This document shows, piece by piece, positions 55,248 to 64,000 of a DNA stretch of 64,000 nt. Positions within the stretch are counted from its first letter, which is position 1. Each line of letters opens with the position of its first letter. The DNA comes from a virus. A program made the translations under genes and the position numbers. Location: positions 32,001-96,000 of IMG/VR virus record IMGVR_UViG_3300032235_000647, one strand, 5' to 3'. The notes under the pieces were generated by a model. It did no database searches. It had not been told where the DNA came from and worked only from the letters and a program-made list of their open reading frames with translations.

Positions 55248-55870
55248 TTTCCCGTCCCATAATGTGGGTATTTAGATTTATATTTATAATAAATTACATC
55301 ACTTGGTATTTCTCTCTGAATGCCACCCCATGTATATGATGTTGGTGTATTGGTTGAAACTTCGTTATCTTCTACTACAAAATATAGTGGTAAATTGAAA
55401 TTTCTTGCGTATTTATGAACTTCATAAAAGAATCCAGTTTCAAAAGTCATGTCACCAATAAAACACCAAACTTTTTCATCACTACCTTTTAGTTTTATTG
55501 ATTTTGCAACTCCAAGTGCAATAGGTAATGTACCTGTTACAATTGCAGACGAATAAAAATTAGATTCTTTATCTACGATAGTTATTGATTTTCCATCAAG
55601 AATTTTTTCTTTTAATGTAGATGGTTTAACTCCGTGAAGAAGTGCATGATAATGAGATCTCCAAGTTGAAAATACCCAATCGGTTGGCGATATTTTTTTG
55701 AATACTTCAATAAGTTGTTCTTCATTTCCATTTGATAAATGAATAGGTCCTTTTATTTCTCCTTTTTCCCAATGAGAAATAATATCATCTTCAAAATGAA
55801 TAAGTTCTTCCTTATTCCAGTTACCATCCAACCATCGGTCTTCATGATAATTTAAATTTTTAATTTCCAT
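55232..55870 (-). CDS. TPP-dependent enzyme alpha subunit (E1-alpha-like)
   Basis: GPIHLSNGNE, STWRSHYHAL and the TPP-binding GDMTFETG...VVEDN. Confidence 0.85.
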   Translation of the reverse strand: MEIKNLNYHEDRWLDGNWNKEELIHFEDDIISHWEKGEIKGPIHLSNGNEEQLIEVFKKISPTDWVFSTWRSHYHALLHGVKPSTLKEKILDGKSITIVDKESNFYSSAIVTGTLPIALGVAKSIKLKGSDEKVWCFIGDMTFETGFFYEVHKYARNFNLPLYFVVEDNEVSTNTPTSYTWGGIQREIPSDVIYYKYKSKYPHYGTGKWVVF

Positions 55871-56444
55871 TTTTATCTCTTTTTGACAAGATTGGGTTTT
55901 CGGTTGGCCAATCTATATTAAATCTTGAATCGTTCCATACAATAGTATGTTGTTTATTTTCATCATTATATTCACCCTCGTATGCCATTTTATATGAGAA
56001 AATGGAATCATCTTCCATTACAAAATGTCCATTTGCAAAATAAGGCGGAACAAGAACTTGAGTTCCAGTTTCAGGTGAGAGAATAAATGATTCCCATTTA
56101 CCAAAATCAGGTGTTTTTTCTCTTACATCTAAAACTACTAAATAAATTCTACCGTGTGGACACGAAACTAATTTCCAAGTTTTTTCATCCCAATGTAAAC
56201 CTCTAAGAACACCTTTTTTAGATTTAGAATATCTATCATGTTTAAATGCTAACCCATCATTTCTATCGGCTGCTGGTAGTAATCTATCGTAATAGTCTGA
56301 ATGATAGGTTGTTGATATTGAACCACGAATTTCGTGATAAATTGATGGTTGTACAATTTTTACTTGTGGTAAAACCGACCCATTATAAAAATGAAAATCG
56401 TTCCAACTTCTTTCTTTATAAAATATACTACGTCCTTGTGCCAT
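55860..56444 (-). CDS. rmlC: dTDP-4-dehydrorhamnose 3,5-epimerase family protein
   Basis: SKSKKGVLRGLH, KLVSC, VLVPPYFANGH and WP...PILSKRD. Confidence 0.9.
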   Translation of the reverse strand: MAQGRSIFYKERSWNDFHFYNGSVLPQVKIVQPSIYHEIRGSISTTYHSDYYDRLLPAADRNDGLAFKHDRYSKSKKGVLRGLHWDEKTWKLVSCPHGRIYLVVLDVREKTPDFGKWESFILSPETGTQVLVPPYFANGHFVMEDDSIFSYKMAYEGEYNDENKQHTIVWNDSRFNIDWPTENPILSKRDKNGN

Positions 56445-57396
56445 AACCTAATGGAAATCCATTTCTATATTTTGATGATAAATCTTGTATTAAAATTGTG
56501 TAAGTTTTTATAAGTTCGTCAATACCATCATCTAAACTCCAATCAGGATTCCATCCAGTAGATTCTAGTTTGGCATTTGAAACTAAATAATCTCGTTTAT
56601 CAGGGTCTTGGTAAAAATCAGAATAAGTGATTGCAAAATCAGGAACAAATTCTTTAATTTTTTCTACCAATTGAGCTTTTGTTAAATTTGCAGATGTCAA
56701 CCCTACATTAAATACTTCACCTTGAAATTTTTCGTAATTTTCTATCATATATTCAAATGTTTTTGCAACATCTCGGATATGAATGTAATTTCTTTGAAAA
56801 TTTTTCTCAAAAATAGTGATGTATTTATCAGTTAATGCTTTGTAAACAAATTCGTTTACCAACAAATCCATTCTCATTCTTGGAGATGAACCAAATACGG
56901 TGGCAAGTCTTATTGAAATGCCACCGATATTAAGAACCTCTCTCTCGGCTTTAACTTTGGTCACTCCATAGTGTGATATAGGGTTAAGTGGACTTTCTTC
57001 AGTACACTCACCATTCTCGCCTATCCCATACCCACTATTTGTATTTGGATATATTACTTTTATATCAGTACCTCTAACTAAATCACAAATGGTTTTTACA
57101 TGAGTATAATTTACTGCAGTTGCTAAATCTCTATCTCTATCACATGCAGGAAATCCTACAATTGCAGCTAATGGAATTATAACATTAAAAGTTGGTACTA
57201 GTTTTTCTAATAAACTAGTATCTCTAACATCACCATAAATAAAATGGAATCTTTTATTATAAGAGTAATGAATTAGGGATGTTTGATTATACATCAAATT
57301 ATCTAATACGGTAACTTCGTGACCACTATCAAGTAGTCTATCTACCAACACCGAACCGAGGTATCCTGCCCCTCCTGTAATTAGTACTTGTTTCAT
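56428..57396 (-). CDS. NAD-dependent epimerase/dehydratase
   Basis: ITGGAGYLGS, YGVTK (YxxxK) and RLATVFGSSPRMRMDLLVN. Confidence 0.9.
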   Translation of the reverse strand: MKQVLITGGAGYLGSVLVDRLLDSGHEVTVLDNLMYNQTSLIHYSYNKRFHFIYGDVRDTSLLEKLVPTFNVIIPLAAIVGFPACDRDRDLATAVNYTHVKTICDLVRGTDIKVIYPNTNSGYGIGENGECTEESPLNPISHYGVTKVKAEREVLNIGGISIRLATVFGSSPRMRMDLLVNEFVYKALTDKYITIFEKNFQRNYIHIRDVAKTFEYMIENYEKFQGEVFNVGLTSANLTKAQLVEKIKEFVPDFAITYSDFYQDPDKRDYLVSNAKLESTGWNPDWSLDDGIDELIKTYTILIQDLSSKYRNGFPLGYGTRT

Positions 57397-58829
57397 AATA
57401 TATGGGTTTCGTGTAATATATTTTCAAAGAAATTTTTAATTTCTCTTTTTTCGGTGGATAATTTATGTAATAACTTTTGATTATGTATTAATATTTCTTG
57501 CATCTCTTCTAATAATACAATCCATTCATCATCGGTTTTATTACACAAACTAATTACTAAATTTAATAGTAAATCTGTTCTAGTTTTAAAATCTTTGATG
57601 TTATCATACGATTCATCCCACCATTTATCAAAAGTTTTAAATCCATGTGATTTTAAAACATCTAATGTATTTGGATTACCCAACACTACAAATGGATGAA
57701 GATTCATTATTGGTTTAATTGTTTTTTCAGTTAAAAATGAATACGGAGATTCTGCATTAGTTTCTGAAATTATTGTAAAATATGAATTTTCATATTCATC
57801 TTTTCTACTAAGAAAATTATGATATTCTGCTACTCTGTCTGGATTATCATCATCGATTACTAAAGGATAATAATTTTTGTAATTCTTTTTTATATCTAAT
57901 GTGTCCTCTTGTGTTAAACCCAATGGTGGATATTCCTTTTCTTCATTTAAAAATTTTACAAAATGTGAATTTTCTAAAAAAGAGATAAATCCTTTATCCA
58001 ATAAATTATTTTTATATAGTAAATTTAGAAAATAAGCTCTATGCATCCTTTCCGAATTTCTATTATACATTAAGAACTTTTTTTGTTTTTTATTAAATTT
58101 TAATTCAGTTTGAAATGAATAATCATAGCCATCTTGCTGTATTAAGTGAGTTGACCCACTTCGTAGTATACTCATAAATCTACCAGCAGATGTTATCAAA
58201 TAATTATTTGGAAATACACTAATTTGATTTTTAAATTTTGGAAATTTTTTAGAATGTTTTAACTTTATAATATTATTGTTGTTGGTAGAAATATAAACTT
58301 TATCCGTATGATTTATATCATTTCTTTCTAAAAATTTATGTATTTTTTCTAAAAAACTTATATTATGCATATACGCCCCTTCACCAGAATCTACAAAAAC
58401 TATTTTAAAATTTGTATTATTTTTTATTAGATTTAATAAATCTGGTGAAATCATATCTTCTATTACTATCTTATCGGAAGAATAGTATTCAAACATATTA
58501 TTAACATTCAGGCTTTCAAAAACTACCAAATATAAATTATTAGATTTTATATTATCTTTAATATCTTTTGTTAAAACAAATTCAGTATTTTTTGTATATT
58601 GTGTAACATAATTTGAAAATTCAGAACTTGTATTATAAAAAAAATGAGTAGGGTCATGAACCGATGCGTAATAACCAGTAAATTGTTTATCATTTGGATT
58701 TTGCAATTTGTATTGCATCATAATTGGTAGTGTATATTTTGTATACCCTAATGGTATGTATCCACCTGGCCCTTTAAAATCTAAAACAAAATAAGTTTTT
58801 GGAATTTTATTTAAATTGAATCCATCCAT
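57393..58829 (-). CDS. Putative glycosyltransferase-like protein (paralog 3)
   Basis: FLMYNR...HR and IISET...LTEKTIKPI...HPFVVLG...GFKTFDKWWDESYD. Confidence 0.5.
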   Translation of the reverse strand: MDGFNLNKIPKTYFVLDFKGPGGYIPLGYTKYTLPIMMQYKLQNPNDKQFTGYYASVHDPTHFFYNTSSEFSNYVTQYTKNTEFVLTKDIKDNIKSNNLYLVVFESLNVNNMFEYYSSDKIVIEDMISPDLLNLIKNNTNFKIVFVDSGEGAYMHNISFLEKIHKFLERNDINHTDKVYISTNNNNIIKLKHSKKFPKFKNQISVFPNNYLITSAGRFMSILRSGSTHLIQQDGYDYSFQTELKFNKKQKKFLMYNRNSERMHRAYFLNLLYKNNLLDKGFISFLENSHFVKFLNEEKEYPPLGLTQEDTLDIKKNYKNYYPLVIDDDNPDRVAEYHNFLSRKDEYENSYFTIISETNAESPYSFLTEKTIKPIMNLHPFVVLGNPNTLDVLKSHGFKTFDKWWDESYDNIKDFKTRTDLLLNLVISLCNKTDDEWIVLLEEMQEILIHNQKLLHKLSTEKREIKNFFENILHETHIL

Positions 58830-59578
58830 GATTTATCAAACTTAATTAAATTATTACCTACGTGTGTTATATCTAATATTTTATATGGAGTTTGTTTTTG
58901 AAAATTAAAAGCGGCAGCTGGTTTTAATCTTTTTGAAATTGTATCAGGGTTATTATACACTTCATCAATTTCTTCTCTATTTAAAAACTTAGAACATATT
59001 GCCGCATAAAACATTTCTCCGTTAAAAAATTGTCTAAAATCAGTTGGACAACTATCTAATGGGTTAGATGCACCAAACCACATCCATGCATTAGAATAAT
59101 CAATCAATGAACCTTCAAATTTTTTACTATGCCATGTTCCATTACAATAAATGGAAAATTCTTTCTCATTTTTTTTAAATGAAAATCCTATTTTATATTT
59201 TTTTAATTCGTCTCCTGGTTCCCAATTTACTTTTACCAAAATATCAAAATTTTTAAGATTTGAAGTTGAGTAAGTTTCCCATAGGTTTGTTGTATCAGTA
59301 GTTGGTATTATATCAGATGTCCAAATTGTTCCTTTTATATAACAATGGTCTTCGTTTGGTTTTACAACACTTAATCCCATGTGTAATCCATTTTTAATTA
59401 TAATACCACCTTCACGAGTTAAATCATTAGGATTCATTTTATCCCAATTAACAGTTATTTCAGTTAAAAATGAAAAATCATTTTCAGTAATATTTTTCAT
59501 TGCATAGGTTGATAATCCATATTTGTTATCAGGAGTTACAAACCAAGCAGATCTTCCATCAAATTTTAAACTATTCAT
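58811..59578 (-). CDS. Stand-alone LamG/concanavalin-like domain protein
   Basis: SLKFDG N-terminus, FSIYCNG and FFNGEM pattern, as in the inserts of the two GT7 genes. Confidence 0.6.
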   Translation of the reverse strand: MNSLKFDGRSAWFVTPDNKYGLSTYAMKNITENDFSFLTEITVNWDKMNPNDLTREGGIIIKNGLHMGLSVVKPNEDHCYIKGTIWTSDIIPTTDTTNLWETYSTSNLKNFDILVKVNWEPGDELKKYKIGFSFKKNEKEFSIYCNGTWHSKKFEGSLIDYSNAWMWFGASNPLDSCPTDFRQFFNGEMFYAAICSKFLNREEIDEVYNNPDTISKRLKPAAAFNFQKQTPYKILDITHVGNNLIKFDKSWMDSI

Positions 59579-61032
59579 ATTTTAATTGTTTTTGTCCATT
59601 CAAAAAATTCTTCTAATTCAGGAAATACTTTTTTGAAGTTGGTTCCTCGTCTATCATCATGTGCTTGAAAATACTTACCAAAGTTGTATTGTTTTCTAAG
59701 TAATTCTTCATCTTGTTTTACCGATTTCATCCAATCATACGTTCTTTTGATTTTTTGAATTTCTATATCCGAATACCCTATGTATTTGTTTTCAAAAAGA
59801 GGAACTGCTAAGAAATCGGAAAGTTGTGCTTGTTTGTAAATATTTTCTGCCCATTGTTGTGGTAATACTTGAACTGTTTGATGGGTCGGGTATCTCAAAT
59901 AAGAAGTATCCAAAAATGCTGCAGATGCCCAATATCTATCGGTTGAACCATATTCCTTTTTAAGTTGATAAACACCTTCTATAAGTTTATCATAATTTGG
60001 AACTGATAATGCATTATATGTAGACATAAAAGTTAGATTGACTCTTGGACAACTTCTCATTAATTTATTTACATTGTCCCAAAATTGATTAAATACCAAT
60101 CCATTTCTAATATATTCTGCTTGATCTCCCCATGTATCACACGAGGTAAATACTATAAATTCATTTACTCTATTTTCTTCAGTTATTCGTTTTATTTTTT
60201 CAATAAATTTATCAACTAATTTATCAGGAACGCCAAGATTTGAATTGATTGCAAGATTCAATCCTCTATTTGGATTTGGATTATCAATAATATAATCCAA
60301 TACATCCCATGTATCCTTTGACATTAGTGGTTCACCACCTGTAATTCTGAATGTATGTAAATCATTATATAAATCTGGCCACCATTTCCAAAATGCCTCT
60401 ACATAAGGATTATATTCGGTTTGTCTGAATGGTTTTTTATTTTCCTCTTCTAAATAACGAGTATCATTGAATCTATCAGTAGTAGGATATGCTCCATGCT
60501 TTTCTATCTCTTCCATCCATTTTGATGAAAAAGCAGGTCCACAATAAGAACATTTAAAATTACAAGCATTTGAAAAAGCAACCTCTACATATTTTGGGTT
60601 GTAATCAGCTCTCCAATTTAATTCAGTAATTTCTTTATAATGAGGTAAAGACCATGATTCTGATGATTTGAATGTTCTATCCGAAAATCTATCTGAATTA
60701 TCTTCAACATTCCAACAATAATCACATTCTTCAGGTCTACTACCTTCCAACATTTCTTTTCTTCTTCGTTTTTTATACGCAGTGTTATGTAATGCCGAAG
60801 GATTTCTTTTTATTTCAGATTGAGATATTGGATGTGTTCGTGGGTGGTGACAGGAATGAGTATGACCGAGTTGTAAATGCATGGTGACTTGTGTCCATTT
60901 TGCTAGACACATACCTGGACCTATTTTATTCAAATCATCTCTTACACCGAGATAAAATGGATTATCGCCTGCAAATGTTTTTTTAAGTTTTTTATTTTCT
61001 TCTTTTTGAAATTCTATATTTTCCTCAGCCAT
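59575..61032 (-). CDS. Radical SAM protein with N-terminal twitch-like domain
   Basis: CNFKCSYC and RITGGEPL; N-terminal CLAKW...SCHH...CDYCW. Confidence 0.9.
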   Translation of the reverse strand: MAEENIEFQKEENKKLKKTFAGDNPFYLGVRDDLNKIGPGMCLAKWTQVTMHLQLGHTHSCHHPRTHPISQSEIKRNPSALHNTAYKKRRRKEMLEGSRPEECDYCWNVEDNSDRFSDRTFKSSESWSLPHYKEITELNWRADYNPKYVEVAFSNACNFKCSYCGPAFSSKWMEEIEKHGAYPTTDRFNDTRYLEEENKKPFRQTEYNPYVEAFWKWWPDLYNDLHTFRITGGEPLMSKDTWDVLDYIIDNPNPNRGLNLAINSNLGVPDKLVDKFIEKIKRITEENRVNEFIVFTSCDTWGDQAEYIRNGLVFNQFWDNVNKLMRSCPRVNLTFMSTYNALSVPNYDKLIEGVYQLKKEYGSTDRYWASAAFLDTSYLRYPTHQTVQVLPQQWAENIYKQAQLSDFLAVPLFENKYIGYSDIEIQKIKRTYDWMKSVKQDEELLRKQYNFGKYFQAHDDRRGTNFKKVFPELEEFFEWTKTIKI

Positions 61033-61055
61033 AACTTCTTATTTATTAATATATA

Positions 61056-62522
61056 TTAGAGTTTTACATTTATCATTTTTGCCCTAGATGTCAATTCATC
61101 AATACTAACTAATTCATATTTTAACGAATTAATACCATCTGTTTTATAGTCCCAATTACCTTGTTGCATTTGTAAAACATATCGTCTTTCGTTTCGTGCA
61201 GTAGTTTCACCCTTTGCCCACTTATCAACACCCCCAACTTTGATTAACCCTTCATCTTGATGTGGTAGACATCTCAATCTACCCAGTCTTCTATGTGGAA
61301 TTATTGTATACGGAATTCTAATTTTTTCTTTTTGTTCTTCACAACAATGGATTGCCCCATGGGTTTCATTTCCACTTAAATCAATTGCTGTATATGAAGA
61401 ATTTTGTTGCCGGGGATTATTAAAATCATAATGTAATTTCAATCCTTCATTTGGTAGTTCTTTATGTAGATTTTGGATTTCATCAGATGAAAGAGAACGA
61501 TTCCAAATCATAACCTTTGATATATCTCCCTTAAACCACCGATTTACTTCTTTCTTACCTACCGAAGTTGTTGTTCCGATATACCAATCATCTAACCCAT
61601 AACTCTTCAGTCTACCTTCATAATGAAGTGGTGAGGGTGTCCCAGTTCCCCAGCGAGAATCCGATTCTTTTCCATTTAAATAGAAGTGAATGTTTTGGTT
61701 TGATGTATCAACTGAAAGAGTTACCCAAGACCATTGATTCTCATATCGTTTCATCCACTGGTATAAATGGGTTTGTTCCGAGTCCCATAATTGTGCGGTA
61801 TACGCACGAGAGTTATTATACGATATTCCATAATCATATCCAGGTCTTCGTATAATTGGATACTCACAAAATCTTCTTTCAGTATCACCAACTAACCAAA
61901 TTGGAACTTTTTCTTCTTGTTGATTTGCACGAACTAAAACTGAAATTGTATGAGAACGAGATGTTACATTTCGTAATTCTGAATGTTTATCAATTTTTAT
62001 ATGTGAATTGTGGCCATCAAAGTGTAAGTAGGTTTCTTCATGTGTTGGATAATCCATATAAGAATTATTTACATATCCTTCTAAATTACATCTCCAAAAA
62101 AGATCATCATCTTCCATGCCCCAATCCCAATAGTCATTTGAATACCCATTAGTTTTTTGGACGTGTTCTTTTGAAAAAATAACAGCACCACCAAAGTATT
62201 CTTCATACTTCAGTTCGTAGTTCATTTGCGAGATATTAGTTGCAATATGAACAGGATTTTCATTAGGAAATGAATAATCACATCCTTCTTCAGGTATCAT
62301 ATCAATATCATGCCAAACTATATAATCACAGCCATCTTCAAATGCATGTTTTGCAGCAATATTTTTCATTGCACCACGATTAAAAAGTTTATCATCTACT
62401 TGATGACCAAAATACATTTGATAATCTATACCTCTGTCTTCAAGATATTTTCCAACAAGAGGTATGAATTCTTTTAAATGAGCCTCTCTATTTCTATATG
62501 GTATACAAACTCCTAATTTCAT
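61056..62522 (-). CDS. GT7-like (beta-1,4-galactosyltransferase-like) glycosyltransferase with inserted LamG domain
   Basis: IPYRNR, FNRGAMKN, HDIDMIP, YFGG and NGYSNDYWDWGMEDDDL; a ~270-aa LamG-like insert precedes the DGINSLKY GT7 tail. Confidence 0.85.
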   Translation of the reverse strand: MKLGVCIPYRNREAHLKEFIPLVGKYLEDRGIDYQMYFGHQVDDKLFNRGAMKNIAAKHAFEDGCDYIVWHDIDMIPEEGCDYSFPNENPVHIATNISQMNYELKYEEYFGGAVIFSKEHVQKTNGYSNDYWDWGMEDDDLFWRCNLEGYVNNSYMDYPTHEETYLHFDGHNSHIKIDKHSELRNVTSRSHTISVLVRANQQEEKVPIWLVGDTERRFCEYPIIRRPGYDYGISYNNSRAYTAQLWDSEQTHLYQWMKRYENQWSWVTLSVDTSNQNIHFYLNGKESDSRWGTGTPSPLHYEGRLKSYGLDDWYIGTTTSVGKKEVNRWFKGDISKVMIWNRSLSSDEIQNLHKELPNEGLKLHYDFNNPRQQNSSYTAIDLSGNETHGAIHCCEEQKEKIRIPYTIIPHRRLGRLRCLPHQDEGLIKVGGVDKWAKGETTARNERRYVLQMQQGNWDYKTDGINSLKYELVSIDELTSRAKMINVKL

Positions 62523-63814
62523 ATTCCAACATTTAAATGTATTATATTTTTTTCTTTAATTTTGCCATATAAAGTATAATCTAAACAAGTTGATAATCCA
62601 TCTTCAATATTATCTCTATATCCATTCTGTACTTCGTTATTGTATCTCAACTGGTTCCATCTACTATTATCATCTTTCCATCTACCATTATTAAAACCAC
62701 AATCATCATGATTTAATTTTAATAATTTACTATTTCTTCTAAATGGAATATATGAATAATAATTTGTAAATGGTTTAAAATTATCTAAATATACATTGAA
62801 TAATTCACCATGATTTTTATTACCAGAAATATCTTTTAGTCGATATTCTTCTATATTGTGATTTTTGTAATGTATTTTTACTTCACCATTTTGTTCTATT
62901 AAAAATTCATTTATACTTCCTTTGAAAAAATTTTCTAATTCATTATCTGAACCAAGTATTATATTATTATGGGAATAGTTGTATATGTAATTTGAAATAT
63001 TAATATTACTCAATTTATCATTTACTGAAAAATTTATTATTTTATTATTTTTATTGTATTCAATTTTTATTTTATTATGAGATGTTGTTACGATATCAGA
63101 ATGTACATCGTAATATGCACCAGTCTTATCAAAAACTTGTAAATAAAATCTATTAAATGAATTATAAAATAATTTAAAATCGAATCCGTGTATTGTTAAT
63201 ATAGGAAATATATCAAATTGTTTATTTACATCATATACAACTCTATCCAAATTAATATCAAGTTCTATATTAAAATTTCTATTGTAGTTTATTACATTCG
63301 GAATTTTTGCATATGCATCAACTCCGTTAAAAATAGGTAACACATCTTGACTAATATATTCTGTTATGTGATTTGAAAATGGTATATTATTTTTTACACA
63401 CCTATATCGTAAATCATCATCTTCAAATCCCCAGCCCCAGTATAAATTAGAAAATCCATTTATTTCTTTAAAAATGGTTGATGGAAATAATGTCATTCCA
63501 CCAAAATAAGATTCAAATGGAATATTATCTGTTGCTAAATGAATTGGTGTATTTGAGTAAGAATAATCAACATCCACAGGAATCATATCCACATCGTGGA
63601 TTACTACATAATCACATTTGTTTTTATGTGATTCTATAAATCCAATGTTACATAACATCCCACGATTAAATAATTTTGCATCATCTTGCTCAACAATTAT
63701 AACTACATAGTTTTGATATGAATTTGAATCAAGATATTCAATTATTGATTTTTTGAATTTTTCAAGATGTTCGTAACGATTTCGGTAAGGAACAATAATT
63801 CCTAACTTTTCCAT
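62519..63814 (-). CDS. GT7-like glycosyltransferase with inserted LamG domain
   Basis: VPYRNR, FNRGMLCN, HDVDMIP and NGFSNLYWGWGFEDDDL; LamG-like insert; DGLS tail. Confidence 0.85.
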   Translation of the reverse strand: MEKLGIIVPYRNRYEHLEKFKKSIIEYLDSNSYQNYVVIIVEQDDAKLFNRGMLCNIGFIESHKNKCDYVVIHDVDMIPVDVDYSYSNTPIHLATDNIPFESYFGGMTLFPSTIFKEINGFSNLYWGWGFEDDDLRYRCVKNNIPFSNHITEYISQDVLPIFNGVDAYAKIPNVINYNRNFNIELDINLDRVVYDVNKQFDIFPILTIHGFDFKLFYNSFNRFYLQVFDKTGAYYDVHSDIVTTSHNKIKIEYNKNNKIINFSVNDKLSNINISNYIYNYSHNNIILGSDNELENFFKGSINEFLIEQNGEVKIHYKNHNIEEYRLKDISGNKNHGELFNVYLDNFKPFTNYYSYIPFRRNSKLLKLNHDDCGFNNGRWKDDNSRWNQLRYNNEVQNGYRDNIEDGLSTCLDYTLYGKIKEKNIIHLNVGI

Positions 63815-63818
63815 CTAT

Positions 63819-64000
63819 TTATTTTTTATCACCTTCATCGATGTATTTTTCTTTCCAAAGGGATAAATACCATTCAATTCTTGGTCCCCATGTATCCTTA
63901 TCAATCTCTTCAAACCAAATGGTTAATGCGTCAAGAGAGTTGGCAATTTTTTCTAATGCCTTAACTTTTCTCTCTTCAAGAATTTGTTGATTTTCGTTTG
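63819..64000 (-). CDS. Hypothetical protein, 3' part only
   Basis: Open frame from the window edge, ...ILEERKVKALEKIANSLDALTIWFEEIDKDTWGPRIEWYLSLWKEKYIDEGDKK*, ending 4 nt before the next ATG. Confidence 0.65.
   Translation of the reverse strand, partial: NENQQILEERKVKALEKIANSLDALTIWFEEIDKDTWGPRIEWYLSLWKEKYIDEGDKK

Noticed and set aside
50455-55870. Pyruvate dehydrogenase as an auxiliary metabolic gene
   Set aside because: The subunits are truncated, lack E2/E3 partners and are embedded among NDP-sugar enzymes, which fits sugar branching better.
255-62152. The many plus-strand ORFs in the track (e.g. 255..584, 3194..3574, 9938..10288, 33673..34197, 47514..47909)
   Set aside because: All are antisense shadows of long minus-strand genes with recognisable motifs. 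They lack plausible starts and have the composition expected from reverse-complemented codon bias.
1-64000. Alternative genetic code (TAG/TGA recoding), as in some large Bacteroidetes phages
   Set aside because: Core genes are full length and densely packed under the standard code, and TGA and TAG serve as real stops at gene junctions.

Overview
This is a 64-kb, AT-rich segment of a large T4-like tailed phage, with essentially every real gene on the minus strand. The host is most likely a Bacteroidetes (Bacteroidota) bacterium, inferred from TTG-N19/20-TAnnTT(T/A)G promoters, a Gln-after-signal-peptide protein and a phage bS21 among the head genes. In transcription order (right to left) it holds: (1) a 15-kb glycan cluster with two GT7-like glycosyltransferases carrying LamG inserts, radical SAM enzymes, NDP-sugar epimerases/reductases, RmlC and a split TPP-dependent alpha/beta pair; (2) an 1829-aa nucleotidyltransferase/ligase-like polyprotein; (3) the head module: terminase, portal, prohead protease, many putative internal head proteins, ribosomal protein bS21, scaffold and major capsid; (4) two HNH endonucleases, then an island of small ORFs behind five repeated host-type promoters; (5) neck and tail-completion genes and a long array of paralogous S/T-G-S-rich fibre genes, with a glycosyltransferase and a Hint-domain protein. 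The main hypothesis is a phage-driven translation-initiation switch. Many late structural genes carry Shine-Dalgarno motifs that Bacteroidetes ribosomes normally ignore. The early genes instead carry an AACCCC motif at that position, and the SD-less phage bS21 appears to lack the tyrosine that helps sequester the anti-SD. Other candidates are protease-delimited packaged polyproteins, a virion glycosylation system, a late-promoter motif that is the reverse complement of T4's, a -1 frameshift and a pseudoknotted RNA. All calls come from reading the sequence; no database search was run.
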